DNA from: Bacteroidales bacterium
GTDB taxonomy: Bacteria; Bacteroidota; Bacteroidia; Bacteroidales; UBA12077
DNA: 64,000 bases
NCBI GenBank assembly: GCA_036351015.1
Contig: JAZBOG010000034.1
Span: forward strand, 21,665 to 85,664
Reading direction: 5' to 3'
A model generated the notes under the pieces. The model was not told the origin of the DNA. It ran no database searches and saw only the letters and a list, made by a program, of their open reading frames with translations. The stretch's first letter is position 1. Every line of letters starts with the position of its first letter. Positions 29,834 through 39,281 of this stretch are shown here, in pieces. The translations under genes were made by a program, and so were the position numbers.

Positions 29834-30823
29834 GTGGTGTGGTTCAGGTATTTTTCATTTATTAAGTGCTTTAATGCTATAAAGGTATTATTAAGCTATT
29901 TCCTTTCCATAGGATCAAAAAAGGTTTTTCTTTGGGGAAAACCATTCAGCCTTACCGTTGAACCAACAAATTTTTGTAACCTTCATTGTCCCGAGTGCCC
30001 TACAGGAAACAACACTTCAACAAGAACAAAAGGATACCTGCCGGTGTCGGACTATACCCGTATGATTGACCAGCTTTCTCCCTGGCTGTGGTATCATATG
30101 ATCTATTTCCAGGGAGAACCTTTCCTGCATCCCGATATTTTTTCAATCCTCGGGTATGCCCATAGCAAAAAAATTTATACCTGCACTTCAACCAATGGTC
30201 ATTTTATAACGGCCGAAAATGCCAGAAAAATTATTGAATCGGGACTCGACAAACTAATTATTTCGGTCGACGGAGTTACCCAGGAAGTCTATGAACAATA
30301 CCGAAAGGGGGGAAATCTGGGAAAAGTGGTCTCCGGAATCAAAACTCTGGCCGGAGAAAAAAGAAAATACCCAAGCAAAACCCCGCAAATTGTCCTTCAG
30401 TTTCTTGTTTTCCGGTTTAACGAACACCAGATTAAGGATATTCAATCCCTGGGCAGATCTGTTGGAGCAGATAGGGTTGAAATAAAAACAGCACAAATAG
30501 AGCGGGTCAATGATAAACAACACCTGGTACCCCGAGACAAAAAACATTCAAGATACCTTATTGCTAATGAAAAAGTTGTACAAAAAAACAACTTGAAGAA
30601 CAGGTGTTTGAGAATCTGGAGCACCCTGGTTACCACCTGGGACGGGAAGGTAATCCCCTGTTGTTTTGATAAAGATGCCAGCTATGGGATGGGTAATATT
30701 GGAAAATCCAATATTTTGGACCTTTGGAAATCAGATAAATTTCAAAATTTTAGGAACCAGCTCCTGAGAAACCGGAAAAGTATTAAAATGTGCAACAATT
30801 GTACGACAGGTCTGCATAAATAA
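29834..30823 (+). CDS. Radical SAM protein with a C-terminal SPASM-like Cys cluster
   Basis: 329 aa with a GTG start. It has the CxxxCxxC motif in FCNLHCPECP, and the C-terminal cysteines in VIPCCFDKD...KMCNNCT. It starts 5 nt after the OmpA-family gene. Confidence 0.8.
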   Translation: MVWFRYFSFIKCFNAIKVLLSYFLSIGSKKVFLWGKPFSLTVEPTNFCNLHCPECPTGNNTSTRTKGYLPVSDYTRMIDQLSPWLWYHMIYFQGEPFLHPDIFSILGYAHSKKIYTCTSTNGHFITAENARKIIESGLDKLIISVDGVTQEVYEQYRKGGNLGKVVSGIKTLAGEKRKYPSKTPQIVLQFLVFRFNEHQIKDIQSLGRSVGADRVEIKTAQIERVNDKQHLVPRDKKHSRYLIANEKVVQKNNLKNRCLRIWSTLVTTWDGKVIPCCFDKDASYGMGNIGKSNILDLWKSDKFQNFRNQLLRNRKSIKMCNNCTTGLHK

Positions 30824-30897
30824 GATATAATTTTTATATATTTAGGATTGATTCATATTTTTATCTATATTTCACCTATCGGATTAATTTTTACAAG

Positions 30898-33036
30898 ATG
30901 AAGACTATCAGCAATAAGTTATTCATACTTTTTATCATTGCCCTTGGATGGAGCATGGATGCATTAGCCCAGGAGCCTGATACTCTTTCAGCCAGCCGCC
31001 TTTTCGAACTTTCTCTGGAAGACCTGATGAATGTTGAGATTGTTTCGGCAGTCCGTCAAAATCAAAACATTATTGATGCTCCTTCCATTGTATCTGTAAT
31101 TACGTCAAACCAGATCAAGGAACGTGGATATTCCAGCCTGGAGGAAGCCATTAATAACATTGCAGGACTGGATATTATTACCGACCATTTTCAACCGAAC
31201 CTGGGAATACGAGGGATTAACGGAGGAGTAAGAAGTTATTCGAGGCTGATAAAAGTAATGATTGATGGGCAAAATATTTCATTCCGCTCCAATGCTGATA
31301 ATTACCTGGGATTATCCCTTATCCCCATAGAGGCGATTGAAAAGATAGAGATCATCCGTGGCCCAAATTCTGCCATCTATGGCAAAAATGCATTTTTAGG
31401 GGTAATCAATATTATTACCAGGAAAGGGAAAGATATTCGTACCAACAGGGTATCCCATTTTTTAGGAACTACAAACAATAACTCTTCCTTTGGATTAAGC
31501 ACCCTGATTGGGGGAGCTAAAAACAACTTTGACTTTCTGTTTGCCAGCACTTATGCCCAGTTAGATTATGCAGGATTAAAACCTCACGCTATTCCGGAAC
31601 AAAATACTTACATTACAAATGATGTAAGTCAGCGAAACGAATCGGTACCGATGGGTGTTTACGTTAAAATGAATTACGAAACCGAAAACTGGGGAAAATT
31701 CACCTTCGACATGGTGAATCAGAAAATAGACTCAGATGCAGAGTTTGCCGACTGGGGAGCAATAAACCAAAATAACAGGATAAGTCTTTTCAACTCTTTT
31801 GAAAGGCTTCAATACTCAAAAGAGCTATGGGAGAAGCTTTCTGCGGATTTTAGTTTTACCCACAGTGTTGGTAAACCTATCAGTAACGAAACATTCGATG
31901 ATGACACTGATCCTACCGACTGGATTGAAAGAGAATTAAAATATAACAGTTACGATGTGAGTGGTAATTTTACCTATTTCTTTGATGACATCAACCTGGT
32001 ATCATTAGGGATTGATTTTACGTCGGATATCCATGATCATCAAAAGTTTTATACACGGAATACTTCGGGGTTAAAGAGTTTAAACCCGGGAGGTACAGAA
32101 GGTGAAAAAATATTCACCAACCTGGGAATATTTATCCAAATGATCGTTAATCCTGCAAAGTTTTTCAACCTCTCCTTCCTGGAGGAGTTAACATTCACCG
32201 GCGGGTATCGATACGATATGCACAACATCTATGGAAATGTGTTAACCTATCGGTTTGCGGCGGTGTATCACCTAAACAAAGATCTGAGCACCAAGTTAAT
32301 GTATGGAACCTCATTTAATGCCCCTTCGTCTACCCAGCTATATACCAACTATATCAGCCCGGGGGGATTTGTAGGAAATCCTGAACTGAAGCCGGAAAGA
32401 GCAAGAACCTTAGATTGGGCACTGATGGGAAAAATAACGGAAAACATAAATTTCAGTACAAATTTATTTTATACCGAAATTGAAGACAAAATCGAATACC
32501 TCCTGCCTTACGGACAAATCTCAAACATCACTGCAGGAAATATTTCCAACATTTATTCCGGAGGATTTGAGGCAGAGGTAAATGTTAATCATAAAAACAA
32601 TAAGAGTTACTTAAATTATTCCTATCAAAAGAGCATCCTGGAAAAAAGTGATCCGATCCGTTCAACCATAAAGGTAAATACTGCTTTATATCCGTCGCAT
32701 ATGATAAAACTTGGAAACACTTTACAGATTCCTGATTATTATTTAAATATAAACCTGGAGGCAAGATTTATCAGTTCCAGAATCGCCAGTGACCAGAATA
32801 ATTTCATCTACGATCCAATTGATTATACGACCAATCGTTATACTTTGGACCCCTATTATATTGTTGATCTTTCAATTTCATCCACTGATCTGGAAATTAT
32901 CAAAAACAGTAAGTCAAGATTTATCTTAAAATTCGAAAATTTATTAGATTATAAGTACTATTTTCCCGGATTTAATCATTATGATATTCCTGCATTAGGA
33001 AGATCTGTGTGTTTTCGCTTTACTCATTACATTTAA
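30898..33036 (+). CDS. TonB-dependent receptor (plug plus beta-barrel)
   Basis: 712 aa with a signal peptide, an LEDLMNVEIVSA box, and plug motifs IVSVITSNQIKERGYSSLEEAINNIAGL and IEIIRGPNSAIYGKNAFLGVINIITRKG. Confidence 0.85.
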   Translation: MKTISNKLFILFIIALGWSMDALAQEPDTLSASRLFELSLEDLMNVEIVSAVRQNQNIIDAPSIVSVITSNQIKERGYSSLEEAINNIAGLDIITDHFQPNLGIRGINGGVRSYSRLIKVMIDGQNISFRSNADNYLGLSLIPIEAIEKIEIIRGPNSAIYGKNAFLGVINIITRKGKDIRTNRVSHFLGTTNNNSSFGLSTLIGGAKNNFDFLFASTYAQLDYAGLKPHAIPEQNTYITNDVSQRNESVPMGVYVKMNYETENWGKFTFDMVNQKIDSDAEFADWGAINQNNRISLFNSFERLQYSKELWEKLSADFSFTHSVGKPISNETFDDDTDPTDWIERELKYNSYDVSGNFTYFFDDINLVSLGIDFTSDIHDHQKFYTRNTSGLKSLNPGGTEGEKIFTNLGIFIQMIVNPAKFFNLSFLEELTFTGGYRYDMHNIYGNVLTYRFAAVYHLNKDLSTKLMYGTSFNAPSSTQLYTNYISPGGFVGNPELKPERARTLDWALMGKITENINFSTNLFYTEIEDKIEYLLPYGQISNITAGNISNIYSGGFEAEVNVNHKNNKSYLNYSYQKSILEKSDPIRSTIKVNTALYPSHMIKLGNTLQIPDYYLNINLEARFISSRIASDQNNFIYDPIDYTTNRYTLDPYYIVDLSISSTDLEIIKNSKSRFILKFENLLDYKYYFPGFNHYDIPALGRSVCFRFTHYI

Positions 33037-33048
33037 TCCTATGGTAAA

Positions 33049-34350
33049 ATGAACATGGTGAATAAATATAAAATATTAATTTTCTGTATTGGTTTTCTTC
33101 TCACCATTCCCCCGGGATGCGAAAAATTAACAGAAGATTATAACCAAAAGCAATATGAGAACCCAGTAAAGATTGCCGTAGTTGGAGATGTTTCTGTACT
33201 ACGGGAGCAGGTGGAGAATATGTTTTTTGGAGCCCAGCTGGCCATGGAAGAGATCAACCAAAAGGGAGGACTGGAAATCGATGGAGAGAAAAGAGAGATT
33301 CAGTTAATTTTTAAAAATTCCGGCGGGAATCCCGACCAGGGCACAGAAATAGTTTATGAATTGTATGAAGAAAATATCGACCTGATCATAGGCCCCACCT
33401 TTTCGTCGGTAGCGGTTGAAATGGCAGAAGCCTGTGTTAACAACAATATGTTAATGATCAGTTATTCGGCCACAACTCCTGAACTCACCATGCTGGAGGA
33501 TAAAGACCTGGTTTGGAGAACCTGCCCCTCCGATCATACGTTCGGAACCTTATCGGCCCAGTATTGTGTGGATTCATTGCAACTTAAGAATGCTGCGATT
33601 CTCTACCGGGACGACCGTTTTGGAACCGGTCTTGCACAGATTCTCGAAGAAATGTTTACCGAATTTGGCGGGTCGGTTTTAGCCAGTGTCAGTTTCCCCG
33701 GCGACGAAATTAATTTAAGCTCTTATGACTTCAGCTATGAGATGAATACTGTTTTTCGGAATGAAATCGATGTGCTTTTTATTGTAGCTTTCAACTCAGA
33801 AATTGCAGTCCTCACGAACAGAATTTATAACAACTCAAGCTATCAGTCGCTGAATAAAAAACCTTTTATCTTTGTAAATGACGGGATCCTCCCCGAAGAG
33901 ATCTTAACCAACGGAAGTCCAGAATTACTGGATGATATTTTGGGGATATCCAGCACAAATGAGGGAAACCCAAATTATGCCCTATATAAAGAAAATTACA
34001 TCTCAAGATTTGGATTTCTGCCGGCTACCTATTCAGAACACGCCTACGACGCTGTTTATTGCCTGGCTTATGCGATGCAAAGGGGCAATACAACCAACCC
34101 TTTACAGATAAAAGAATATTTACGCGAAATATCCGGCGAAGATTACTATAACCCTGTGAATGATGTATTAAAAATTAATGTAAATGAATTTGATATAGGT
34201 AAGAATATTTTACTTAAAGGAAATGCTATCGACTATGAAGGGGCAACAGGGCCGATAAATTTTGATATCAACGGAGACCCTGTGCCAAAAATTATCATTT
34301 GGGGGTTTGAAAATGAACAATATGTGGAACTAAGTTATTATGAGAAATAA
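33049..34350 (+). CDS. Type I periplasmic binding protein (Leu/Ile/Val-binding / ANF-receptor-like), probable lipoprotein
   Basis: 433 aa with the lipobox-like TIPPGC. VKIAVVGDVS...GAQLAMEEINQKGGL...LIIGPTFSSVA is typical of the family. Confidence 0.8.
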   Translation: MNMVNKYKILIFCIGFLLTIPPGCEKLTEDYNQKQYENPVKIAVVGDVSVLREQVENMFFGAQLAMEEINQKGGLEIDGEKREIQLIFKNSGGNPDQGTEIVYELYEENIDLIIGPTFSSVAVEMAEACVNNNMLMISYSATTPELTMLEDKDLVWRTCPSDHTFGTLSAQYCVDSLQLKNAAILYRDDRFGTGLAQILEEMFTEFGGSVLASVSFPGDEINLSSYDFSYEMNTVFRNEIDVLFIVAFNSEIAVLTNRIYNNSSYQSLNKKPFIFVNDGILPEEILTNGSPELLDDILGISSTNEGNPNYALYKENYISRFGFLPATYSEHAYDAVYCLAYAMQRGNTTNPLQIKEYLREISGEDYYNPVNDVLKINVNEFDIGKNILLKGNAIDYEGATGPINFDINGDPVPKIIIWGFENEQYVELSYYEK

Positions 34351-34947
34351 TTGGTGAAATTTTTCAATCATAAACATATAAACATACCCGAAATTTTTTC
34401 CTGGTCAGTTTTAAAAAAAACCGGAGTGATATTCCTTTTATTATTATTATCATTGCAGGGTTTTTCACAAGCCAGCATTTATGTATTAAAAGCTGTTTAT
34501 CTGGAAAAATTTTCCCGATTTATTACCTGGCCGGAAGAAAGTATCCAGGATGATCCCAGCCAGCCCTTTATCATTTCGGTTATTGGTGAAACCCCACTAA
34601 CCAGAAACCTGGAACAAATCTATGCTGTACAAAAAATTAAGAATAAACGGGTAATTATCAAAAGCATTAAAAATCTTAATGAAATTAAAGGTTCTCACAT
34701 ATTATTTATTGCTGAATCTGAGAAAAAGAACCTGGAGAAGATCATTGAAATAACAAAAAAAGAGCCTATCCTGACCATAAGTGAAACCAAGGGATTTGCA
34801 CAAGAAGGTGTTTTAATCAACTTTTTTGAAAGTGACAATAAATTAAGATTTGAAATAAATGAAACGGCAGTACTAAAATCACCCTTACAAATGAGCTTTT
34901 ACTTATTAAGTTCGGCGAAAATAGTACATCCGGTAGCAGAAGAATAA
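34351..34947 (+). CDS. YfiR-like periplasmic protein (DUF4154 family)
   Basis: 198 aa with a signal peptide. LKAVYLEKFSRFITWPEE, the central ILFIAESEKK and ILTISETKGFAQEGVLINF...LRFEINETA follow the YfiR/DUF4154 pattern as I recall it. There is zero gap to the upstream stop. Confidence 0.7.
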   Translation: MVKFFNHKHINIPEIFSWSVLKKTGVIFLLLLLSLQGFSQASIYVLKAVYLEKFSRFITWPEESIQDDPSQPFIISVIGETPLTRNLEQIYAVQKIKNKRVIIKSIKNLNEIKGSHILFIAESEKKNLEKIIEITKKEPILTISETKGFAQEGVLINFFESDNKLRFEINETAVLKSPLQMSFYLLSSAKIVHPVAEE

Positions 34948-34952
34948 GAACG

Positions 34953-36860
34953 ATGAATTTCTTTCAGAACATATCCATAAAAAACAAGATTATTGGTATA
35001 ATTCTACTTACCAGTAGTGTAACGTTAATTATTGGTTTCACTATTATAGGGATCAACGATATTAACAGTCTGAAAAAGAATCTTCTTGCCAATGCAATTT
35101 TAAATACACAACTTGTTGGAGATTATTCTGTAGCTTCCTTAACTTTTGATGATAATGAAGGAGCCGAAGAGATCCTGGCAAAGCTCGAATCGCTGCCTGA
35201 TTTTATCAGTGGTGCTATATACGACCGTAATGGAATCCTGTTTGCATCCTATAAAAGAACCAATGATATTTTTATCCCTCCCCTTTATGATGACCCGGAT
35301 AATTTAACCCGTACAAAATATACTTTCGAATCGGGAACATTAACTATTGAGGATCCAATCAACTATCAAGAGTACAAATATGGAATTATTATTACCAAAG
35401 TAGACTCCTCCCTGTTAACGGAAAAGATTAAAGAATATATTATAGTGATCCTCGGTGTTTTTGCCGGGATGATTATCTTATCCTTTATTCTTGCCCGCCG
35501 TTTTCAGAAGCCGATTTCACAGCCAATTCTTGAATTAGCTCAACTTACGCGAAAAATTTCAAAAGAAGGGAATTACAATGTAAAAATTGAAAGAAAAAGC
35601 AATGATGAAATTGGGGTTCTATACGAAGATTTTAACAATATGCTCCAGCAAATCTTAAACCGGGAAGCAGCCCGTGACCAGGCAGAAAAGAACCTGCTTA
35701 AGGCTAAAATGAAAGCAGAAGAGAGTGACCAGCTGAAATCTGCATTCCTGGCAAATATGTCGCATGAAATCAGAACCCCGATGAATGCTATTCTTGGATT
35801 TACAGAACTGCTTACCATGCCTGACACGGCGATTTCACCCGCTGAAAAACAAAATTACATTAAATTAATACATCACAGTGGCAACAACCTTTTACAGCTT
35901 ATTGATGATATTATAGATATCTCGAAAATTGAAGCCGGACAACTAAAAATAATCCCAAAAGAATGTGATGTAAACCAAACGTTAATGGATATTTACGAAT
36001 CCTATCAGGAAATAAAAAAGCAAAAAGGGAAAGAACATATCGATCTGTCGGTAAACCTGGCCGAAAAAAATCAGCAGGTTATTACCCAAACCGACCCGCT
36101 TCGTTTAATTCAGATTATTTCTAATCTCATTGATAATGCCTTGAAATTTACCGAGGAAGGATTTATCACCTTTGGCTATGAAATTCAAAAACCGGACCTC
36201 CTGCTGTTCTATGTCAAAGATACGGGTATCGGGATGGATGAAAAGAAGAAAGAGTTTATATTTGAGCGGTTCCGGAAAATTGAAGACAGTAAAACAAAAT
36301 TATACCGTGGGGCAGGGTTAGGACTTGCCATATGTAAAAGCCTGGTCGAATTACTGGGGGGAAAAATATGGGTGGAATCTTATCGCGGCTCAGGGTCGGG
36401 ATTTTATTTTACCATCCCATATCATAAAGTAAAAAATCCCAGGAATAAAAAAGGTACTTCTCTCAAAGACACAAACTACCAATGGAAGGATAAAAAAATT
36501 CTTATTGCCGAAGATGAACCCAACAACTATTTCTATATCGAAGAAGTCCTCAAAAGAACCCATACAAAAATCATCAGAGCGAATAACGGAAAAGAAGCCA
36601 TCCGGATCTTCAAGGAAAATCCACAAATAGATTTAATCATCATGGATATTAAAATGCCGGAAATGGATGGTTACGAAGCCACTACACAAATCAAAAAAAT
36701 CAATAAACATATTCCTATTATAGCCCAATCAGCCTATGCAATGCCCGGGGACATCGAAAAAGGGTACCTGATGGGAATCAATGAATATATCACAAAACCG
36801 GTTAATCCCAAAAAACTACTTACCATCCTGAATAAATATCTTAATTCCAGGGTATCCTAA
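34953..36860 (+). CDS. Hybrid sensor histidine kinase/response regulator with a YfiN-type (CHASE8-like) periplasmic sensor and HAMP
   Basis: 635 aa arranged TM, ~130-aa periplasmic domain (SLTFDDNEGAEEILAKLESLPDFISGAIYDRNGILFASY), TM, HAMP. It has the H-box MSHEIRTPMN, the ATPase boxes DTGIGM and GAGLGLAI, and a receiver domain with DLIIMDIKMPEMDG. Confidence 0.9.
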   Translation: MNFFQNISIKNKIIGIILLTSSVTLIIGFTIIGINDINSLKKNLLANAILNTQLVGDYSVASLTFDDNEGAEEILAKLESLPDFISGAIYDRNGILFASYKRTNDIFIPPLYDDPDNLTRTKYTFESGTLTIEDPINYQEYKYGIIITKVDSSLLTEKIKEYIIVILGVFAGMIILSFILARRFQKPISQPILELAQLTRKISKEGNYNVKIERKSNDEIGVLYEDFNNMLQQILNREAARDQAEKNLLKAKMKAEESDQLKSAFLANMSHEIRTPMNAILGFTELLTMPDTAISPAEKQNYIKLIHHSGNNLLQLIDDIIDISKIEAGQLKIIPKECDVNQTLMDIYESYQEIKKQKGKEHIDLSVNLAEKNQQVITQTDPLRLIQIISNLIDNALKFTEEGFITFGYEIQKPDLLLFYVKDTGIGMDEKKKEFIFERFRKIEDSKTKLYRGAGLGLAICKSLVELLGGKIWVESYRGSGSGFYFTIPYHKVKNPRNKKGTSLKDTNYQWKDKKILIAEDEPNNYFYIEEVLKRTHTKIIRANNGKEAIRIFKENPQIDLIIMDIKMPEMDGYEATTQIKKINKHIPIIAQSAYAMPGDIEKGYLMGINEYITKPVNPKKLLTILNKYLNSRVS

Positions 36861-36964
36861 GAATAAACCCCGGATCATATTCATCTCTCCCAGGCGGGTG
36901 TCACCAATCGTCCGATTTTACATTTCTGCCTCGAAAAAACTGCTTACCCTTGATTCGAAAACAC

Positions 36965-37957
36965 TTAATCCCCTGACAACTGCCCCTGAAAAAAGCTTAA
37001 TTCTTCGTTGAAATCAATAAAGGGGTAATCTTTTGACAATTGGTTAATCCGTTTGATCTGAGACTGGATAAACTTTTTATGCTGTTCTGTACCTGAATGG
37101 AGAGGCCGGTGATTTTTTGCCTGTAGAACTTTATGAATATCCATTAGAATCTGTTGGGTTGTATCATCAAAATACTTCCCGGAGAAAAAATCCCAAATAT
37201 ATTCAATAGCAACATCCGAAGGATGTAACAGGTCACTTGCATAAAAACGGTAATCACGCAAATCGTCCATCATAATTTCATAGGAAGGAAAATATTCTAC
37301 ATTTTTAAAAATTTTTATCAACTGATGAATGGCCAGGATAAGGGTGGATTTGCTGAGTTGATTTTGTACCGCTCCATCTTTCCAGTGTCTCACCGGGCTC
37401 ACGGTAAAAATAATTTTAAGATTATTGTTCAGCTGGTTTAAACGGTTAATAAGCTTTGCCCATTCCACAAAAATATCTTCAACACCGAGTTTAAAACGTT
37501 CAAACTCCCTGGATGGAATTTTATGGCAGTTCGAAACAATTTCTTCGGTTTTTTTATATTTATATACCCAGGATGTGCCGAAAGATACCACGAGGTATTT
37601 TGTTTTTCTCAGATGACAGGCCGCCCGGTAAACGGATTCATTGACATTTTCCAGACATTTTTGCTGTACGGGGTGTGAGAATTCGGTATCGTGATAAAAA
37701 CTAAACCACTTTTCATTAAAAAAATGAAGATCCCCGGAAATAAATTGATATTGATCAATCAGTATTTCCAGACCCTTTTGAACAGAAACCGGGTTATATA
37801 AAACACCAAAAGGATTCACCAGGGCCGGAAATTTTAATTCCTGCATCCTGTTCCCAATATTCTCGGTAAAGCAGGATCCCATAAATAATACCGGGGTTTG
37901 ATAAGAAATTTTATGTTTGGATTGTTCGGGGGATATGGTTGTTCTGAAAGTTTTCAT
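36965..37957 (-). CDS. GSCFA family protein
   Basis: 330 aa with the eponymous motif in VLFMGSCFTENIG. Confidence 0.8.
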   Translation of the reverse strand: MKTFRTTISPEQSKHKISYQTPVLFMGSCFTENIGNRMQELKFPALVNPFGVLYNPVSVQKGLEILIDQYQFISGDLHFFNEKWFSFYHDTEFSHPVQQKCLENVNESVYRAACHLRKTKYLVVSFGTSWVYKYKKTEEIVSNCHKIPSREFERFKLGVEDIFVEWAKLINRLNQLNNNLKIIFTVSPVRHWKDGAVQNQLSKSTLILAIHQLIKIFKNVEYFPSYEIMMDDLRDYRFYASDLLHPSDVAIEYIWDFFSGKYFDDTTQQILMDIHKVLQAKNHRPLHSGTEQHKKFIQSQIKRINQLSKDYPFIDFNEELSFFQGQLSGD

Positions 37958-37961
37958 CGTT

Positions 37962-38801
37962 TTAAAGCTTATTTTCTAACCACTCAACAACAAATTTAAA
38001 AACTTCTTCATATTTTAATTCATTGTGTAGCTCATGGTACATTCCCTTCCACTCTTTGAAGGCAATATCTTTGGTTAATGTTTTCCCATGGTCAGCAAAT
38101 TCCTTGCTGGCATGAAATGAAGTAATTTTGTCGGCATTGCCATGTTGAATTAATACCGGTATATTTAACCGTTGTGGGTTTTCCAACGCCCAGTTGCCTG
38201 CCCTGTAGATTTCAAAAAACATCCTGACCGATATTTTTTCATGAACCAGGGGATCTTTGATATAGTTATCAACCACCCGTTGATCATGCGAAATTCCTTG
38301 TACATCCAGGTTAGCTTTTTGAGTAAATTTGGGGAAAATATTTTTAACCGTTTTCGCCAACCACAAGGTTATTGCAGAGGGGTCAAAAGCAAGCTTGAAC
38401 CAGGGTGAAGAGATAACAGCTCCTCTCAGACGGTTTTCCCGTTTTAAAATATAGTTCGTAACAATATTTCCTCCCAGGCTGTGCCCATAAATAAAGGGAG
38501 GGGTTTCAGGAAAAAGTTTCGCTGACTCACGAACCAATACATCAATATCATTCAGGTAATCCTCAAAAGAATGAATATATCCGCGTTTTCCGTCTGACAT
38601 CCCATGGCCCCGGTAATCTATCGCGTGTACTGCATAGCCGTTTTTTACAAATAATTTTGCCCAGTGATTATACCGCTCACTGTATTCTCCAAAACCGTGT
38701 ACCAGGTTAATTACAGCACTGGGTTTTGTTTCCGGTTTCCACAGATATCCTGAAAGTTTTATTCCATCAAAAGATGCATAGGTGGTTGATTGATAGTCCA
38801 T
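37962..38801 (-). CDS. Alpha/beta hydrolase (lysophospholipase / monoacylglycerol lipase-like)
   Basis: 279 aa with the oxyanion HGFGE, the nucleophile elbow GHSLGG, and a C-terminal HGNAD...H arrangement. Confidence 0.85.
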   Translation of the reverse strand: MDYQSTTYASFDGIKLSGYLWKPETKPSAVINLVHGFGEYSERYNHWAKLFVKNGYAVHAIDYRGHGMSDGKRGYIHSFEDYLNDIDVLVRESAKLFPETPPFIYGHSLGGNIVTNYILKRENRLRGAVISSPWFKLAFDPSAITLWLAKTVKNIFPKFTQKANLDVQGISHDQRVVDNYIKDPLVHEKISVRMFFEIYRAGNWALENPQRLNIPVLIQHGNADKITSFHASKEFADHGKTLTKDIAFKEWKGMYHELHNELKYEEVFKFVVEWLENKL

Positions 38802-38846
38802 TTTTAGTTAGCTTCGTAAATTAAACCTATCAAATTTAACGATATT

Positions 38847-39251
38847 ATGCAACAAATCATACAAATATCGACCGATAAACACAACGGATTATACGATATA
38901 ACCAACCAGGTAGAGAAAGTAGTTCGTATGAGTAAAGTTAAAAATGGTTTGGTTAATGTTTATGTTCAGGGAGCTACAGCCGGGATTATGATCCAGGAGA
39001 ACTGGGACGATTCGGTACAAAACGATGTGGTTAGCCTGCTCATAAAACTTATCCCTCCGGGGATCTGGCAACATGATGCCCAGGACAATAACGGTGATGC
39101 CCACCTAAAAGCAGGAATTGTGGGGCCAGGCGAAACGATCCCGATCATTAACGGAAAAATGGGATTATCCACCTGGCAAAATATTTTTGTTTGCGAATTT
39201 GATGGTCCCAGAAATCAACGAAATGTTGTTATTTCAATTATTTCTGAGTAA
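38847..39251 (+). CDS. yjbQ: YjbQ family (UPF0047) secondary thiamine-phosphate synthase-like protein
   Basis: 134 aa with TAGIMIQENWD, GDAHLKAGIVGPGETIPI and LGLSTWQNIFVCEFDGPR, typical of YjbQ. Confidence 0.85.
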   Translation: MQQIIQISTDKHNGLYDITNQVEKVVRMSKVKNGLVNVYVQGATAGIMIQENWDDSVQNDVVSLLIKLIPPGIWQHDAQDNNGDAHLKAGIVGPGETIPIINGKMGLSTWQNIFVCEFDGPRNQRNVVISIISE

Positions 39252-39281
39252 TTTCGGTTAAAATCTAAAAACCCCAAAGAC

